Origin: an uncultured Gammaproteobacteria bacterium | GTDB lineage: Bacteria; Pseudomonadota; Gammaproteobacteria; JAKDMP01 | Assembly (NCBI GenBank): GCA_963843735.1 | Contig: CAWJLN010000009.1 | Location: 232,182 to 296,181 of the forward strand | DNA: 64,000 nt | Direction of reading: 5' to 3' | Shown: positions 1 to 10,741 of the stretch, one piece after another | Position numbering within the stretch: the stretch's first letter is position 1 | How the letters are laid out: each line of letters begins with the position of its first letter | Translations under genes and position numbers: made by a program | The notes under the pieces: model-generated | What the model was told of the DNA's origin: nothing | The model's input: the letters and a program-made list of their open reading frames with translations, nothing else | Database searches by the model: none

Positions 1-1
1 C

Positions 2-280
2 GGCGATCAGGCGATCTTTGTCGCACGCGAACTGTTCGATGCCGTCGGCGGCTTTCCCGACATCCCGTTGATGGAAGACCTTGCGTTTTCGCACAGCCTG
101 CGCGATCGCACCCGTCCCGCGAAACTGAAACTCCGGGTCGAAACGTCGGGACGACGCTGGGAGCAGCACGGCGTATTGCGCACCGTTTTTCTGATGTGGC
201 GGCTGCGGCTGGCCTATACGCTCGGCGCCTCGCCCGCGCAACTTGCGCGCCGCTACGACAACGTGCGCGAACGGCGCTGA
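2..280 (+). CDS. family-2 glycosyltransferase, C-terminal fragment (5' end outside window)
   Basis: Frame open from window edge to TGA 278-280; GDQAIFVARELFDAVGGFPDIPLMEDLAFSHSL...TSGRRWEQHG is the conserved C-terminal block of GT2 enzymes usually paired with DUF2064 genes (one follows at 811). Confidence 0.6.
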   Translation, partial: GDQAIFVARELFDAVGGFPDIPLMEDLAFSHSLRDRTRPAKLKLRVETSGRRWEQHGVLRTVFLMWRLRLAYTLGASPAQLARRYDNVRERR

Positions 281-281
281 G

Positions 282-803
282 ATGACGACCGTGCTCGTGC
301 CGATGGGCGTCTCGGGTTGCGGCAAGAGCACGCTCGGCAAGGCGCTTGCCGCACGGCTCGACTGGGGATACCTGGAAGGCGACGATTTTCATTCGCCGGC
401 CAACGTGGCGAAGATGCGCGCCGGCACGCCGCTCGACGATGCCGATCGCTGGCCGTGGCTCGCTGCGATCGCGGAACGGATGGACGCGAAAATCGCGGCG
501 CAGGAATCCGCCGTCGTTGCCTGTTCGGCGCTCAAGCGCGCCTATCGCGACTTCCTGCGCAACGGACGGCCCGAAGTTCTGTTCATCTATCTGCGCGTCA
601 CGCGCGGCGAACTCGAACGCCGCCTCACCGCACGACATCATGCCTGGATGCCGGCATCACTGCTCGCAAGTCAGCTCGCGACACTCGAAGAACCACGCGC
701 TGACGAACCCCGGGTGCTCGCCGTAAACGCCGACGGCGACCCCGCCTCTATCCTCGATGCCGTGTTGCAAGGCCTGCACGACAAAGGCATCGGCAATCAA
801 TAA
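282..803 (+). CDS. gntK: gluconokinase
   Basis: ATG 282 inside ORF 243-803; P-loop GVSGCGKST and YLEGDDFHSPANVAKMRAGTPLDDADRWPWL block typical of GntK/IdnK. Confidence 0.85.
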   Translation: MTTVLVPMGVSGCGKSTLGKALAARLDWGYLEGDDFHSPANVAKMRAGTPLDDADRWPWLAAIAERMDAKIAAQESAVVACSALKRAYRDFLRNGRPEVLFIYLRVTRGELERRLTARHHAWMPASLLASQLATLEEPRADEPRVLAVNADGDPASILDAVLQGLHDKGIGNQ

Positions 804-810
804 CGTCCGC

Positions 811-1461
811 ATGAACACGGCGCTCGTCGTTTTCGCCAAGACGTCGGAAACTTCCAAACGGCGGCTGGCCGCGATCCTTGGGCGCGCGGCGGCGACGCGG
901 GTGGCCGCCGCTCTCCTCGACGATGCACTTGCACGCGGCGCGGCAAGCGGTCTCGCGCCCCAGTATTTATATTGGGATGGTTCTGCCGCGGAGCCTCGTC
1001 TCGACAAGGCGCGGGCGATGAACTACCGCATCGCCGCCCAGGAAGGCCGCGATCTCGGCGCACGGATGCACGCCGCCTTCGCGCAGGTGCTCGCCGAATG
1101 CGAGCGGGCGCTTCTGATCGGCACGGATTGCCCGGACCTCGACGCGGAACGGCTTGCTGAGGCCGGCGAACGGTTGCATTCCGCAGATGCTGTTCTCGTG
1201 CCCGCGAGCGACGGCGGCTATGTCGCCATCGGCCTCGGCCGAACCGCATTGCCTCATCTCGAAACGCTTTTTATCAATATCGCCTGGGGCGAAGACAAAG
1301 TCGTCGCGGAGACCCGCCGACGCATTGTCCGCGCCGGACTGAAATCGAGCGAACTTGCGCCGCTGGCGGACCTCGACGATGCCGCCGATCTCGCGTGCCT
1401 CGCCGAACGCCATCTTTTTCTAACCGCTGCGCTTCAGGGCACGAAAATAAGCAGGATGTAG
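811..1461 (+). CDS. DUF2064 (TIGR04282-type) protein
   Basis: ATG 811 (MNTALVVFAKT...) in ORF 757-1461; LIGTDCPDL and SDGGYVAIGL motifs; adjacent to GT2 partner. Confidence 0.7.
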   Translation: MNTALVVFAKTSETSKRRLAAILGRAAATRVAAALLDDALARGAASGLAPQYLYWDGSAAEPRLDKARAMNYRIAAQEGRDLGARMHAAFAQVLAECERALLIGTDCPDLDAERLAEAGERLHSADAVLVPASDGGYVAIGLGRTALPHLETLFINIAWGEDKVVAETRRRIVRAGLKSSELAPLADLDDAADLACLAERHLFLTAALQGTKISRM

Positions 1462-2558
1462 GTAAGAAACAGAAGAATATGTACCAGACCTTGCAGCATG
1501 TTGGTGCGTCCGCTGGAAAAGGTCAGGATGGAAACGCCGAAGGTCAGCACCAGAAGCAGCGAGTAGGCTGGATTCAGGCCCAGGAACACCGCATGGTGCG
1601 TGAACAGATCAATGGCGAGCACCGCCGGCACGGTGAGGCTGATCGTCGAGAGCGCCGTACCCAGGCTGATATTCACCGCACGCTGCATTTGATTCAGGCG
1701 CGCGGCCTTGATCGCCGCCATGCTCTCGGGCGCAAGCACCAGAATCGCTACCGCCAGCGCGCCCACACCCGAGGGAAGTCCGATGACATCGAGGCCGATG
1801 TCGAGCGGCAAGGCGAAAAGCTTCGCGGTAAACACCACCAGCAAGAGATAAACGACCATCAACGTGGCGTGATACAGCCAGCCGCGTCCCGCCGCTTCCT
1901 CATGCGCCGCCTCGACGATCGTTTCCGGCGCGACAAAATAGCTGCGATGGCGCTTCGTCTGCATGGCGATAAACACACCGTAGAGCAGCAGCGACATGAC
2001 GACCAGAAAGATTGCCTCTTGCGTGGGGTGTACGCCGACCCCGCCGCCTACCGTCAAATCGGGCAGGATGAGCGCGAGCACGGCCAGCGGAATCAGGACA
2101 CTCAGAAACGCATTGGCGCCCTGGAGGTTGTATGTCTGTTCGCGATGCTTGAGTCCGCCGATCAGCAGGCCGACGCCGACCACGCCGTTGAGGATAATCA
2201 TCAACACGGCGAACATGGTGTCGCGCGCGATGTAGGGGTCGTTCGCGCCGTGCAGCATGATGGTGATGATGGTTGCGACCTCGATGGAGATGGCCGCGAG
2301 CGTGAGGATCAGGGTGCCGTAGGGTTCACCGAAACGATGGGCCAGATGCTCGGCGTGGCGCACCGCCGAAAAGGCGCCGGCGAGCGCGCCGATAAAAAAG
2401 CCGACGAAGGCGACGATGAGCACGGCATTCGGGACCGTACCCGCCGCGATCTCTGGCTTGAACACCCAGCCGACGACGAGGATCGCGAGCGCAAACGGCA
2501 GCGGCCATTCCGCCGACCAGCCGCGCATACTGCCCGGCACTCTAAGCCTTGATTTCAT
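1434..2558 (-). CDS. chaA: Ca2+/H+ antiporter, CaCA family (ChaA-like)
   Basis: 374-aa polytopic ORF; GEPYGTLILTLAAISIEV and second alpha-repeat GTALSTISLTVPAV; GGAGAA SD before ATG 2558. Confidence 0.8.
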   Translation of the reverse strand: MKSRLRVPGSMRGWSAEWPLPFALAILVVGWVFKPEIAAGTVPNAVLIVAFVGFFIGALAGAFSAVRHAEHLAHRFGEPYGTLILTLAAISIEVATIITIMLHGANDPYIARDTMFAVLMIILNGVVGVGLLIGGLKHREQTYNLQGANAFLSVLIPLAVLALILPDLTVGGGVGVHPTQEAIFLVVMSLLLYGVFIAMQTKRHRSYFVAPETIVEAAHEEAAGRGWLYHATLMVVYLLLVVFTAKLFALPLDIGLDVIGLPSGVGALAVAILVLAPESMAAIKAARLNQMQRAVNISLGTALSTISLTVPAVLAIDLFTHHAVFLGLNPAYSLLLVLTFGVSILTFSSGRTNMLQGLVHILLFLTYILLIFVP

Positions 2559-2645
2559 GCTTCTCCCCCGTCTGCGCGGCCAACAGTATGCCGCAAACGT
2601 GCTTTCTGCTCTAAACTAGCCCCCGGATTCCACCGGATTCAGGCC

Positions 2646-3545
2646 ATGGCACGCAGAACGTCCACCTTCGGAAAAATCGCACTCACCTGGGCTTGGCTGG
2701 CGCTCGTCGTCGGTGTCGTCGCCGTGGTGCTCATCGCTGTCGCGGGCCCGCTTTACCGTCACGAGACGATCACCCTCGGCGCCGCCTTCGATCTCCTGCA
2801 CAAAGGCTTCTGGGTCGGCATCGTGGCCGCGGCGGCGGCCGCCGTGGGCCTGATTGCGACGCTCCTCGCCCGACGCCACTTCGCCGTCGTGATCGCACTC
2901 GTTGCGCTTGTGCTCGGAATCGTAGCCTTCGGCTGGCCCTGGATGCTGCTGCGCGAAGCCCGCGCCGCGCCGCCGATCCACGACATCACAACCAATCCCG
3001 CCGCACCGCCGCAGTTCATCGCGCTTGCGGCGCAACGCAAATCCGCGCCCAACGGCCTCGCATACGCCGGCAGCGCCGGCGGTGGCATGGGCAAGGCCGA
3101 ACTCGGGGCACTGTCGCACTTCTTCGCAAGCCCCGCCGGACGGGCGAGCCCCGGCCACGATGCCGCCGTCAAGGCCTGCACAAGCTGGGGGCCGGCGTGC
3201 CTTGCCGCCGTTCAAGACGCTTATTACGCCGACATCCGGCCGTTGCTGGCACCGGGTGCGTCGCCCACGCAGGCATACGACGCCGCACTTGCAACGGCGA
3301 AGGGCATGGGTTGGAAGATTGCCGCCGCCGATGCCGCAAGCCACCACATCGAGGCCAGCGCAACCACGAGCTGGTTCGGCTTTACGGACGACATCGCCAT
3401 TGACGTTTCTCCAAACGGAAGCGGAAGCGTCGTCAACATCCGTTCGGAATCGCGGCTCGGACTTTCCGACGTCGGCATGAATGCAAAGCGCGTACGCGCC
3501 TATCTGCGGCGACTGCAAAAACGCCTGCCCGGTTCGCGCATGTGA
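2646..3545 (+). CDS. DUF1499 family membrane-anchored protein
   Basis: 299 aa; N-terminal TM helices then [14 protein letters not shown]...[23 protein letters not shown] signature. Confidence 0.6.
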   Translation: MARRTSTFGKIALTWAWLALVVGVVAVVLIAVAGPLYRHETITLGAAFDLLHKGFWVGIVAAAAAAVGLIATLLARRHFAVVIALVALVLGIVAFGWPWMLLREARAAPPIHDITTNPAAPPQFIALAAQRKSAPNGLAYAGSAGGGMGKAELGALSHFFASPAGRASPGHDAAVKACTSWGPACLAAVQDAYYADIRPLLAPGASPTQAYDAALATAKGMGWKIAAADAASHHIEASATTSWFGFTDDIAIDVSPNGSGSVVNIRSESRLGLSDVGMNAKRVRAYLRRLQKRLPGSRM

Positions 3546-4435
3546 GCGCGCCGGAGACGCTTTACCGCGCGGAACTCGCGAGCCTTGAGCGCGTGCACGG
3601 CGGCAAGGTACGCGACATTTTCGCCGTGGACGACAGCCACTGGCTGATCGTCGCAAGTGACCGGCTTTCCGCCTTCGATGTCGTCTTTCCCGATCCGATC
3701 CCCGGCAAGGGCGCGGTGCTCACCGCCGTCTCGCGCTACTGGTTCGACGCGACCCGCGGCATCGTGCCCAATCATCTCGCCGACATTCCGCTCGAAAACG
3801 CGGTGCCCGACGCCGACGACCGCGCACTGATAGCGGGCCGGGCGATGATCGTGCGTCGGCTGAGTGCGCTGCCGGTAGAAGCGGTGGTGCGCGGTTACCT
3901 CGCCGGCTCCGGCTGGAAGGACTACCAGGCGACGGGTGCCGTGTGCGGCATCGCGCTGCCGTCGGGACTCGAACTCGCCGACGAGCTGCCCGAACCCGTT
4001 TTCACGCCCGCTACCAAGGCCGAGACGGGCGAGCACGACGAAAACATTTCCTTCGATGCCTGTGCGCAACTTATCGGTCGCGAACTCGCCGAAAAAGTCC
4101 GCGCGGCTTCACTCGAGCTTTACCGCTACGCCGTCGGGCGCGCCAGGGAGCGCGGCATCATCATCGCCGACACCAAGTTCGAGTTCGGGCTGGAGGCGGA
4201 CGGCACGCTCATGTTGATAGACGAGGCGCTGACGCCGGATTCATCGCGCTTCTGGCCGGCGGATTCCTGGCGGCCGGGCGCAAGTCCGCCGTCCTTCGAC
4301 AAGCAGTACGTGCGTGACTGGCTGGAGGCGAGCGGCTGGAACAAGCGGCCGCCGGCGCCGCGGCTTCCCGCCGACGTCATCGCGAAAACCGCCGAGAAAT
4401 ACGCCGAGGCCCGTCGCCGCCTGACCGGAACATAG
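3542..4435 (+). CDS. purC: phosphoribosylaminoimidazole-succinocarboxamide synthase
   Basis: GTG 3542; [23 protein letters not shown] motifs of SAICAR synthetase. Confidence 0.9.
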   Translation: MSAPETLYRAELASLERVHGGKVRDIFAVDDSHWLIVASDRLSAFDVVFPDPIPGKGAVLTAVSRYWFDATRGIVPNHLADIPLENAVPDADDRALIAGRAMIVRRLSALPVEAVVRGYLAGSGWKDYQATGAVCGIALPSGLELADELPEPVFTPATKAETGEHDENISFDACAQLIGRELAEKVRAASLELYRYAVGRARERGIIIADTKFEFGLEADGTLMLIDEALTPDSSRFWPADSWRPGASPPSFDKQYVRDWLEASGWNKRPPAPRLPADVIAKTAEKYAEARRRLTGT

Positions 4436-4505
4436 GCATACCGGGGAGGAAATCTCCGCCCCGGCGGTGTATCATCCGTCGTTCGAAGCAGCGAAAGGGG
4501 AATTT

Positions 4506-4700
4506 ATGCACAAACTTCTGCTATTGCTCGCCGGAATGGTGCTCGCGTTCGGCGCCGCCATTGCCTCCTGCGCCATGCAGACCGAACCCGCCACGAAGGC
4601 TCCCGCAGCGGGCACGCACAAAAAGGCGGACGGCAAATCCATGGCCTTGCTGCAATTCAAGCGCAACGAATCGGATCCGTCGTTCTCAACCTCATCCTGA
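4506..4700 (+). CDS. small putative lipoprotein
   Basis: ATG 4506 gives MHKLLLLLAGMVLAFGAAIASCAM (signal peptide + lipobox-like IASC); short, no family recognised. Confidence 0.4.
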   Translation: MHKLLLLLAGMVLAFGAAIASCAMQTEPATKAPAAGTHKKADGKSMALLQFKRNESDPSFSTSS

Positions 4701-4721
4701 CCGGGCAACTCGTTCGTTTCC

Positions 4722-5219
4722 CTATAAAGCCCCGGCGTTCGTGTCGCTGCGTTCGAGGGCAAGCAGGCGCTGCTTGCGGGGGAGGCCGCCGCCGTAGCCG
4801 GTGAGCGAACCGTCACTGCCAATCACACGATGGCAGGGCACGACAAGCGAGATCGGATTGGCACCGTTCGCCGCGCCCACGGCGCGCACCGCCTTCGGTT
4901 TCCCGATTTTCCGCGCGATGTCGCCGTACGATTGCGTCTTGCCGTAGGGGATATCGAGCAGCGCCTTCCACACGCTGCGCTGAAACGGCGTTCCCTTTGG
5001 CGCAAGCGGGAGATCAAAGTCGCGGCGGCGGCCGGCGAAGTATTCTTCGAGCTGACGCTTCGCCCTTTTCAAAACCGGATGCGTCGGTCGCTCTTTCCAG
5101 TCGGCGCCGACCAGCGGACGATGCCGGCCGCTTGCGAAATGAATGCCGGTTAGCGCCTTGTCGTCAGCCGTCAGCAGCAATTTCCCGACCGGACTTTCCA
5201 TGTGCATGTAATACGTCAT
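4722..5219 (-). CDS. ogt: methylated-DNA--protein-cysteine methyltransferase
   Basis: 165 aa; active site PCHRV; ATGA overlap with upstream adaA-alkA gene. Confidence 0.9.
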   Translation of the reverse strand: MTYYMHMESPVGKLLLTADDKALTGIHFASGRHRPLVGADWKERPTHPVLKRAKRQLEEYFAGRRRDFDLPLAPKGTPFQRSVWKALLDIPYGKTQSYGDIARKIGKPKAVRAVGAANGANPISLVVPCHRVIGSDGSLTGYGGGLPRKQRLLALERSDTNAGAL

Positions 5220-6670
5220 CCCGTTTTCTCCTTAAAATCCACAGCCAAAGAATTCCACAAGTGAACGGCGGCATAGGCGCGCCACGGCCGCCAAGGTTCC
5301 GCCATGTCGAGCACGCGGCGCGGCGATTTTTCCTCCAGCGCCTTCATGACCGCGTAGTCGGTATGCGGAAACGCATCCGGCCACGCAAGCGTGCGCATGG
5401 CGACATATTGCGCCGTCCATTCGCCGATGCCCGGCAGCGCACGCAGCGTTGCGAGCGTGCGTTCGACGTCCGCGCCCGGTGCAAGCACGAGTTCGCCCGC
5501 GGCGCAGACCGCTGCCAGCGCCCGAATCGCGCGCTGACGCGAACGGATAATACCGAGACTGCCGAGTTCGTCGTCACTCGCCGCAGCCAGACGTTCCGGC
5601 GTCGGAAACGTGTACGTCAAACCCGGGTACGGCGTTTCCACTTCCTCCCCGAACGTGCGGGCGATGCGCCCGGCGAGCGTGCGCGCCGCCGCGACCGTGA
5701 TCTGCTGACCGAGCACGGCGCGCACCGCCGTCTCGAAGCCGTCGAAGGCGCCCGGCACGCGCAGCCCCGGCGCCTTCGCCGCGAGATCACCGAGATGGTG
5801 CGCAATTTCGTCCGGCCGGCAGGCAAGATCGAAAAGATGCTTCACGCGCCCGAGCACTTCCGGCACGACGCGCGCAAGCGAACCGGAAAGCGTGACATGC
5901 AAGGTGCGGCGCCGCGCTCGATGTTCAACGGCAATCCAGCCGCGATGCATCGTCGCCTCGCGCGCGATTGCGGCCGTGCGCAGGTACCGCTTCCCGGTCG
6001 CCGACTCGACGCCTTCGATGCAGCGCGTCCGCAGAAAGGCGAGCTGCGGCTCCCACGCATACGGCGGGCGATACGCCAACTCGAATGCAAGTTCGTTGCG
6101 CGCCGCCGCCTCGGGCGTCTTGCGCAGGTCGCGCGGCTGCAAGCGGTAGCGTTCACGGAACAATGCGTTGAAACGGCGCAGACTGCCGAAACCCGCCGCC
6201 ATCGCAATCTCCGTCACCGGCAACGCCGTGTCGGTGAGCAGCCGTTTCGCGAGCAGAAGACGTTGTGTCTGCGCGTACGCGACGGGCGAGACGCCGAACT
6301 CGGCCGCGAACACGCGCCTCAGGTGGCGATCCGTCGTGCCGAGCCGCTGTGCAAGGCCGCCGAGTCCGTCGTCGGCGAGTGCACCATCCTCGATCAGGCT
6401 CGCCGCCGCGTGGGCCAGGCGTCCGCTCGCATCCACGCTCGCGTGCCCCGGCGCGAGTTCCGGCCGGCAGCGCAGGCATGGGCGAAAGCCCGAGGCTTCG
6501 GCCGCCGCCGCACTCGGATAAAAGCGACAGTTCTCGCGCTTGACGGGACGCGCCCCGCAGACGGGACGGCAATAAATGCCGGTGGACGTGACGCCCACGA
6601 AAAACTGCCCGTCGAAGCGTGCATCGCGGGCGCGAAGCGCCTGGTAGCAGGTGTCGGGGTCGGTCCACAT
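5216..6670 (-). CDS. alkA: AdaA-AlkA fusion (Ada Zn methylphosphotriester domain + AraC HTH + DNA-3-methyladenine glycosylase II)
   Basis: ATG 6670 ([42 protein letters not shown]...FRPCLRCRP = Ada Cys4 site); AraC-type HTH; C-terminal HhH-GPD ([18 protein letters not shown]). The longer ORF to 6856 would overlap the divergent gene at 6813. Confidence 0.85.
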   Translation of the reverse strand: MWTDPDTCYQALRARDARFDGQFFVGVTSTGIYCRPVCGARPVKRENCRFYPSAAAAEASGFRPCLRCRPELAPGHASVDASGRLAHAAASLIEDGALADDGLGGLAQRLGTTDRHLRRVFAAEFGVSPVAYAQTQRLLLAKRLLTDTALPVTEIAMAAGFGSLRRFNALFRERYRLQPRDLRKTPEAAARNELAFELAYRPPYAWEPQLAFLRTRCIEGVESATGKRYLRTAAIAREATMHRGWIAVEHRARRRTLHVTLSGSLARVVPEVLGRVKHLFDLACRPDEIAHHLGDLAAKAPGLRVPGAFDGFETAVRAVLGQQITVAAARTLAGRIARTFGEEVETPYPGLTYTFPTPERLAAASDDELGSLGIIRSRQRAIRALAAVCAAGELVLAPGADVERTLATLRALPGIGEWTAQYVAMRTLAWPDAFPHTDYAVMKALEEKSPRRVLDMAEPWRPWRAYAAVHLWNSLAVDFKEKTG

Positions 6671-6812
6671 GGGCACATCATAGCCCTCCCCCGTCGCAGA
6701 AACTAGCCGTTTTCGGACATCAAGTTCGAGGCGTTTACGCCCTCGTGCAAGCGGCGGTCCGCATCCCGAAGCGATATACTTCGGCATCACCTGAAACATC
6801 TCGTTTCGTTGC

Positions 6813-8411
6813 ATGACCCAGCACCATGACGCTGTAATCATCGGCGGCGGCCACAATGGACTCGCCTGCGCCTGCTATCTCGCCAAGGCGGGACTCGACG
6901 TGCTCGTCGTCGAGCAGTACCGCACCGTCGGCGGCATGACCATGAGCGAAGAACTTGCCGCGCCGGGCTTCATGTCCGACGTGCATGCGAGCGGCTATCA
7001 GCTCGCCAACCTCTCACCGGCGCCGCGCGAACTCGATCTTGCCCACTACGGCCTGGAATTGATCGAACCCGAATACGCCTGGGCGCACGCCTTCCCCGAC
7101 GGCGGCTGCATCGCCGTCAACGGCGATCTCGAACGCACGCGGCAAAACATCGCACGCTATTCTGCACGCGACGCCGATACGGCCGTCGCACTCTTCGAGC
7201 GTTACCGCGGCGAGCGCGACGAAATCGTGCGCGCACTGTTCTCGCCGCCGCGCCCGCTTTCCGGCGCACTCGCGCAAATGGAGGCGACGCCCGGCGGACT
7301 CGATCGCTATCGCCTGAGTCTTCAGAGCGCCCGTTCGTGGTGCGACGAAACCTTCGAGAGCGCGCAGGCGAAATGCCTCTTCGGCGCCTTCGCGCCGTTC
7401 GTCGGCCACGGACCCGACGACGCGGCCGGTGCCGAAATCTCCTGGCTTTTCGCGAGCGTGCTGCAGGCCGAAGGCAACAAGCTCGTGCGTGGCGGCATGC
7501 ACAAGGTTCCGCTCGCGCTCGCCGCAAAGCTCGAATCCCTCGGCGGCACGGTCCGTACCGGCGTCGGCGTGCGGCGCATCGAAGTCAAGGCCGGCCGGGC
7601 AACCGCCGTCGTACTCGACAACGGCGAGCGGATCGGCGTCGGACGTCTTGTCGCCTCAAGCGCCGATCCCGCGCAGCTCGCACTGCGGCTACTCGGCGAA
7701 GACGTCGTCGGCAAGGAAGCGGCCGATCGCGTCCGGCGCCTCGAATGGGGCGATGCCGTGTTCGTCATCTATGCCGCGCTCGACGGTCCCGTCGCGTACC
7801 GTGCGGGTGCGGAAGCGGGCGCCGCGGCCCATGTGCATCTGAGCGACGCCTCGCTCGACGCGATGGCGACAGCGACCAATCAATGCCGCGCCGGCTTGCT
7901 TCCAGCCGCACCTGTCATCGTGAGCTGGAACGATTCCACGATAGATCCGAGCCGCGCACCCGCCGGCAAGCATTTAATGAAATTCGTCGTCCTCGGCGTA
8001 CCGTACGAAGTTCGCGGCGACGCGACGGGCAAGGTCGGCGCCGGTCCCTGGGACGAGATCCGCGAACGCTATGCCGATTATTTGATAACCATGCTCGACG
8101 AAAACTATCTGCCCGGTCTCGGCAAACGGATCATTGCACGCGCCGCCCATTCGCCGCTCGATCTCGAACGCAAACTTTCGAGCGCCGTGCGCGGAACGAT
8201 TCCACACGGCGCCATGATCCCCTATCAAAGCGGCGCGATGCGCCCGACTCCCGACTTCGCCGGCTATCGTTCGCCGGTCGCGAATGTTTATCTCTGCGGC
8301 TCGGAATCGTATCCCGGCGCCGGCGTCTCGATGGCGCCGGGGCGTAACGCCGCCCGCGTCATCTGCGACGACCTCGCGCTCGATTTCGACGCGCTGACAG
8401 CACCCTCATAA
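6813..8411 (+). CDS. NAD(P)/FAD-dependent oxidoreductase, phytoene-desaturase (CrtI)-like
   Basis: 532 aa; dinucleotide fold DAVIIGGGHNGLACACYLAKAGLDVLVVE. Confidence 0.8.
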   Translation: MTQHHDAVIIGGGHNGLACACYLAKAGLDVLVVEQYRTVGGMTMSEELAAPGFMSDVHASGYQLANLSPAPRELDLAHYGLELIEPEYAWAHAFPDGGCIAVNGDLERTRQNIARYSARDADTAVALFERYRGERDEIVRALFSPPRPLSGALAQMEATPGGLDRYRLSLQSARSWCDETFESAQAKCLFGAFAPFVGHGPDDAAGAEISWLFASVLQAEGNKLVRGGMHKVPLALAAKLESLGGTVRTGVGVRRIEVKAGRATAVVLDNGERIGVGRLVASSADPAQLALRLLGEDVVGKEAADRVRRLEWGDAVFVIYAALDGPVAYRAGAEAGAAAHVHLSDASLDAMATATNQCRAGLLPAAPVIVSWNDSTIDPSRAPAGKHLMKFVVLGVPYEVRGDATGKVGAGPWDEIRERYADYLITMLDENYLPGLGKRIIARAAHSPLDLERKLSSAVRGTIPHGAMIPYQSGAMRPTPDFAGYRSPVANVYLCGSESYPGAGVSMAPGRNAARVICDDLALDFDALTAPS

Positions 8412-8434
8412 GCGAGACAGTCCTGTAGTCACGT

Positions 8435-10045
8435 TCAGGCTCGCGGGCGGCGCCAGGCGATGATGGGGAGTACGAGCGCGAGTATCAGGCAGCCGCCAAA
8501 GGCGTAGACCATGAGCGGATACATGGTGTAGCCGGGAAGCAGCCACTTCACATTGCCGAATGCCGAGGCGAGCGCGAAGAGCGCCGTGTAGATTGCAATT
8601 GCAAGCACGACGCCCGAGGCTGCACGTTTCACCGGTTGCTGTGCGCCCACGGCAGGCGTGCCGCGCGCCGGCAGCCATACCGACATTCCCATCATGAGCG
8701 CGGCCGACACCGCAAGCGCGACAAGATCTGCAACGGCTCCGAATCCCGCCACCATCAGGCCGGCGCCGATAACAAGCGAAACGACGATCGCCCAGAAGGC
8801 GGCGCCCGCCTGCGCCCGCCGCCACGTGAGCCCGAGCACGAGAGGTACCAGAAGCGCGATATACACGGCGCTGTTGACGACCAGAAGATGCAGGATGCTT
8901 TTGACGCCCAGCGCGCCGACGATGCCGATCAGGCCGAGTGCCACCTGCAAGCCGAAACTCAGGTACACGGCGCGCCGCCCCGTTACATGGCGACCGAGAT
9001 AGCGGTCTATCACGTCGAATTGCACGATCGACGCGATGTTGTTGATGGTGGCGTCGCCGGTCGAAAACACGAGCGCCAGACCACCGAGCAGAAAAAACAC
9101 CGCCGCCCAGGTCGGGAAGAGATGCACCACGAGCCGCGTCGCAGCCTGATCGGGCGCAATCGCGGGCATGAGGTGAAAAGCGATCATGCCCATCACGCCC
9201 GAGCCGAGCGCGAAGGGAATCCACAACGCCGGAAAAATCTTCATGGCACGCACGGCGCTTCTATCGTCCCGGGCCGAAAACATGCGTTGCCAGAGGATGG
9301 GATTGGCGATCGCCAACGCGGCCAGCGTCAGAAAAAAATCGAGCATGTGCGACGGCCCCCAGGCAAGCAGATCGCGCTGACCCGCTCCGATGTGGCGCAC
9401 AAAATCCGGCAGATCAACGCGCTGGGAAGCGATGGCGAGACTCACCGCCACCGCAAGTCCCGCGATCATCAACTGGTACACATGCGAACGCGCCGTGCCC
9501 TCATAGCCGCCGAGCGCCGTGTAGAGAATCAACACCCCGCCGCCTATGAGAATCGAGGGACCGGTGCCGATATTTAGCAAGGAATCCAGCACGATGCCGA
9601 TAGCGACGACGACCGAAACGACGTGGATCACGCTCGCGATCAGTACCGTCACCAGTGCGGCGAGACGCGTGCGCCCGTCGTAGCGCACGCCGTAGTACTC
9701 GACCAGCGTCACGCCGCGCGGCATGGACGCGCGCATCCGCGAAATCAGATTGACCGGCCACACGAAGAACAAAATCGGCAGCGCCACGCCCAGCGCATAC
9801 CAGATGGGCCCGGAGAAACCGTACTTGAAGCCGCTTTCCGCGGCCGCGAGCAGCGTGTAGTTGCTGGCATAGACGGCGACGAGCGTGGCAATCAGCGCGC
9901 CCGTGCCGAAATTGCGGTGGCCGACGTAGGCCACTTCCTCCGCCTCCGTTCCGGCACGGTTCTTCAGGAAATTGCGGAAGTTCCAGCCGAGCAGGCCGAG
10001 GAAATACAATCCAACGATAACAACCACTTCTACCCGCACGCGCAA
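8435..10045 (-). CDS. sodium:solute symporter (SSS) family transporter
   Basis: 536-aa polytopic ORF with SSS-type N-terminal region; start uncertain (TTG at 10045). Confidence 0.8.
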   Translation of the reverse strand: MRVRVEVVVIVGLYFLGLLGWNFRNFLKNRAGTEAEEVAYVGHRNFGTGALIATLVAVYASNYTLLAAAESGFKYGFSGPIWYALGVALPILFFVWPVNLISRMRASMPRGVTLVEYYGVRYDGRTRLAALVTVLIASVIHVVSVVVAIGIVLDSLLNIGTGPSILIGGGVLILYTALGGYEGTARSHVYQLMIAGLAVAVSLAIASQRVDLPDFVRHIGAGQRDLLAWGPSHMLDFFLTLAALAIANPILWQRMFSARDDRSAVRAMKIFPALWIPFALGSGVMGMIAFHLMPAIAPDQAATRLVVHLFPTWAAVFFLLGGLALVFSTGDATINNIASIVQFDVIDRYLGRHVTGRRAVYLSFGLQVALGLIGIVGALGVKSILHLLVVNSAVYIALLVPLVLGLTWRRAQAGAAFWAIVVSLVIGAGLMVAGFGAVADLVALAVSAALMMGMSVWLPARGTPAVGAQQPVKRAASGVVLAIAIYTALFALASAFGNVKWLLPGYTMYPLMVYAFGGCLILALVLPIIAWRRPRA

Positions 10046-10187
10046 CCCCTCGCCGATGATCCGGACGCCTGATTATGCCCGATCCGCCCGGAATCGTCTT
10101 CACGTCCGGTTCGGGGATTTTCCCGGATGCCTTTCAAAACCCCGATTTGATAATCTAGGAACGAACGAAAGAAATTGGGAAAGAGTC

Positions 10188-10721
10188 GTGAAAGAAAAGC
10201 GCGCGGTTCATCTGGGGCTCGCGGTCCGCATTGCTGCACTGACTTTGCTGATTGTTGCCATGGGGCTTCTGTTCGAAGGATTGACCCTGCCGATCCTCGC
10301 CCTCAAGAAGTTCTGGATCTTCGGCGATACGATCTCGATATGGTCGGGCATGAAATCGCTCTACGGTTCCGGGGAGGTTTTCCTCGCGACGGTGCTTCTC
10401 GTGTTCTCAATCCTCTTCCCGATCGGCAAGAATCTGCTTTTGTTCTGGATTTTTGTACACGGATCGTGGCTCGGAAAGTTCAGCCAGCGGCTGATACGTT
10501 CGGCCGCCGTTCTCGGCAAATGGTCCATGCTTGATGTCTTCATCATTGCGATACTCGTCGCCAGCGTGAAACTCGGCATACTGGCCCACGCCCAAGTGCT
10601 TTCCGCCATCTACTTCTTTGCCGCCTCCGTGATCATCACGAATCTCATTTCCACCGGTCTCGACTGGTGGATTCGGCGCGAACGCGATCGAGTATTGCTG
10701 GCCGCCGAAAAGGAACGCTGA
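10188..10721 (+). CDS. PqiA-like (paraquat-inducible protein A family) membrane protein
   Basis: GTG 10188 preceded by GGGAAAGAG; FPIGKNLLLFW...GKWSMLDVFIIAILVASVKL matches one PqiA unit. Confidence 0.6.
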   Translation: MKEKRAVHLGLAVRIAALTLLIVAMGLLFEGLTLPILALKKFWIFGDTISIWSGMKSLYGSGEVFLATVLLVFSILFPIGKNLLLFWIFVHGSWLGKFSQRLIRSAAVLGKWSMLDVFIIAILVASVKLGILAHAQVLSAIYFFAASVIITNLISTGLDWWIRRERDRVLLAAEKER

Positions 10722-10741
10722 ACCGAAAATTCCGTCAGCCA

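Noticed and set aside
1395-2552. 385-aa plus-strand ORF
   Set aside because: It is antisense to the ChaA-like antiporter. The sequence is highly charged with no membrane or domain signal.
4997-6706. 569-aa plus-strand ORF
   Set aside because: It is antisense to ogt and adaA-alkA. The composition is Arg-rich with no motifs.
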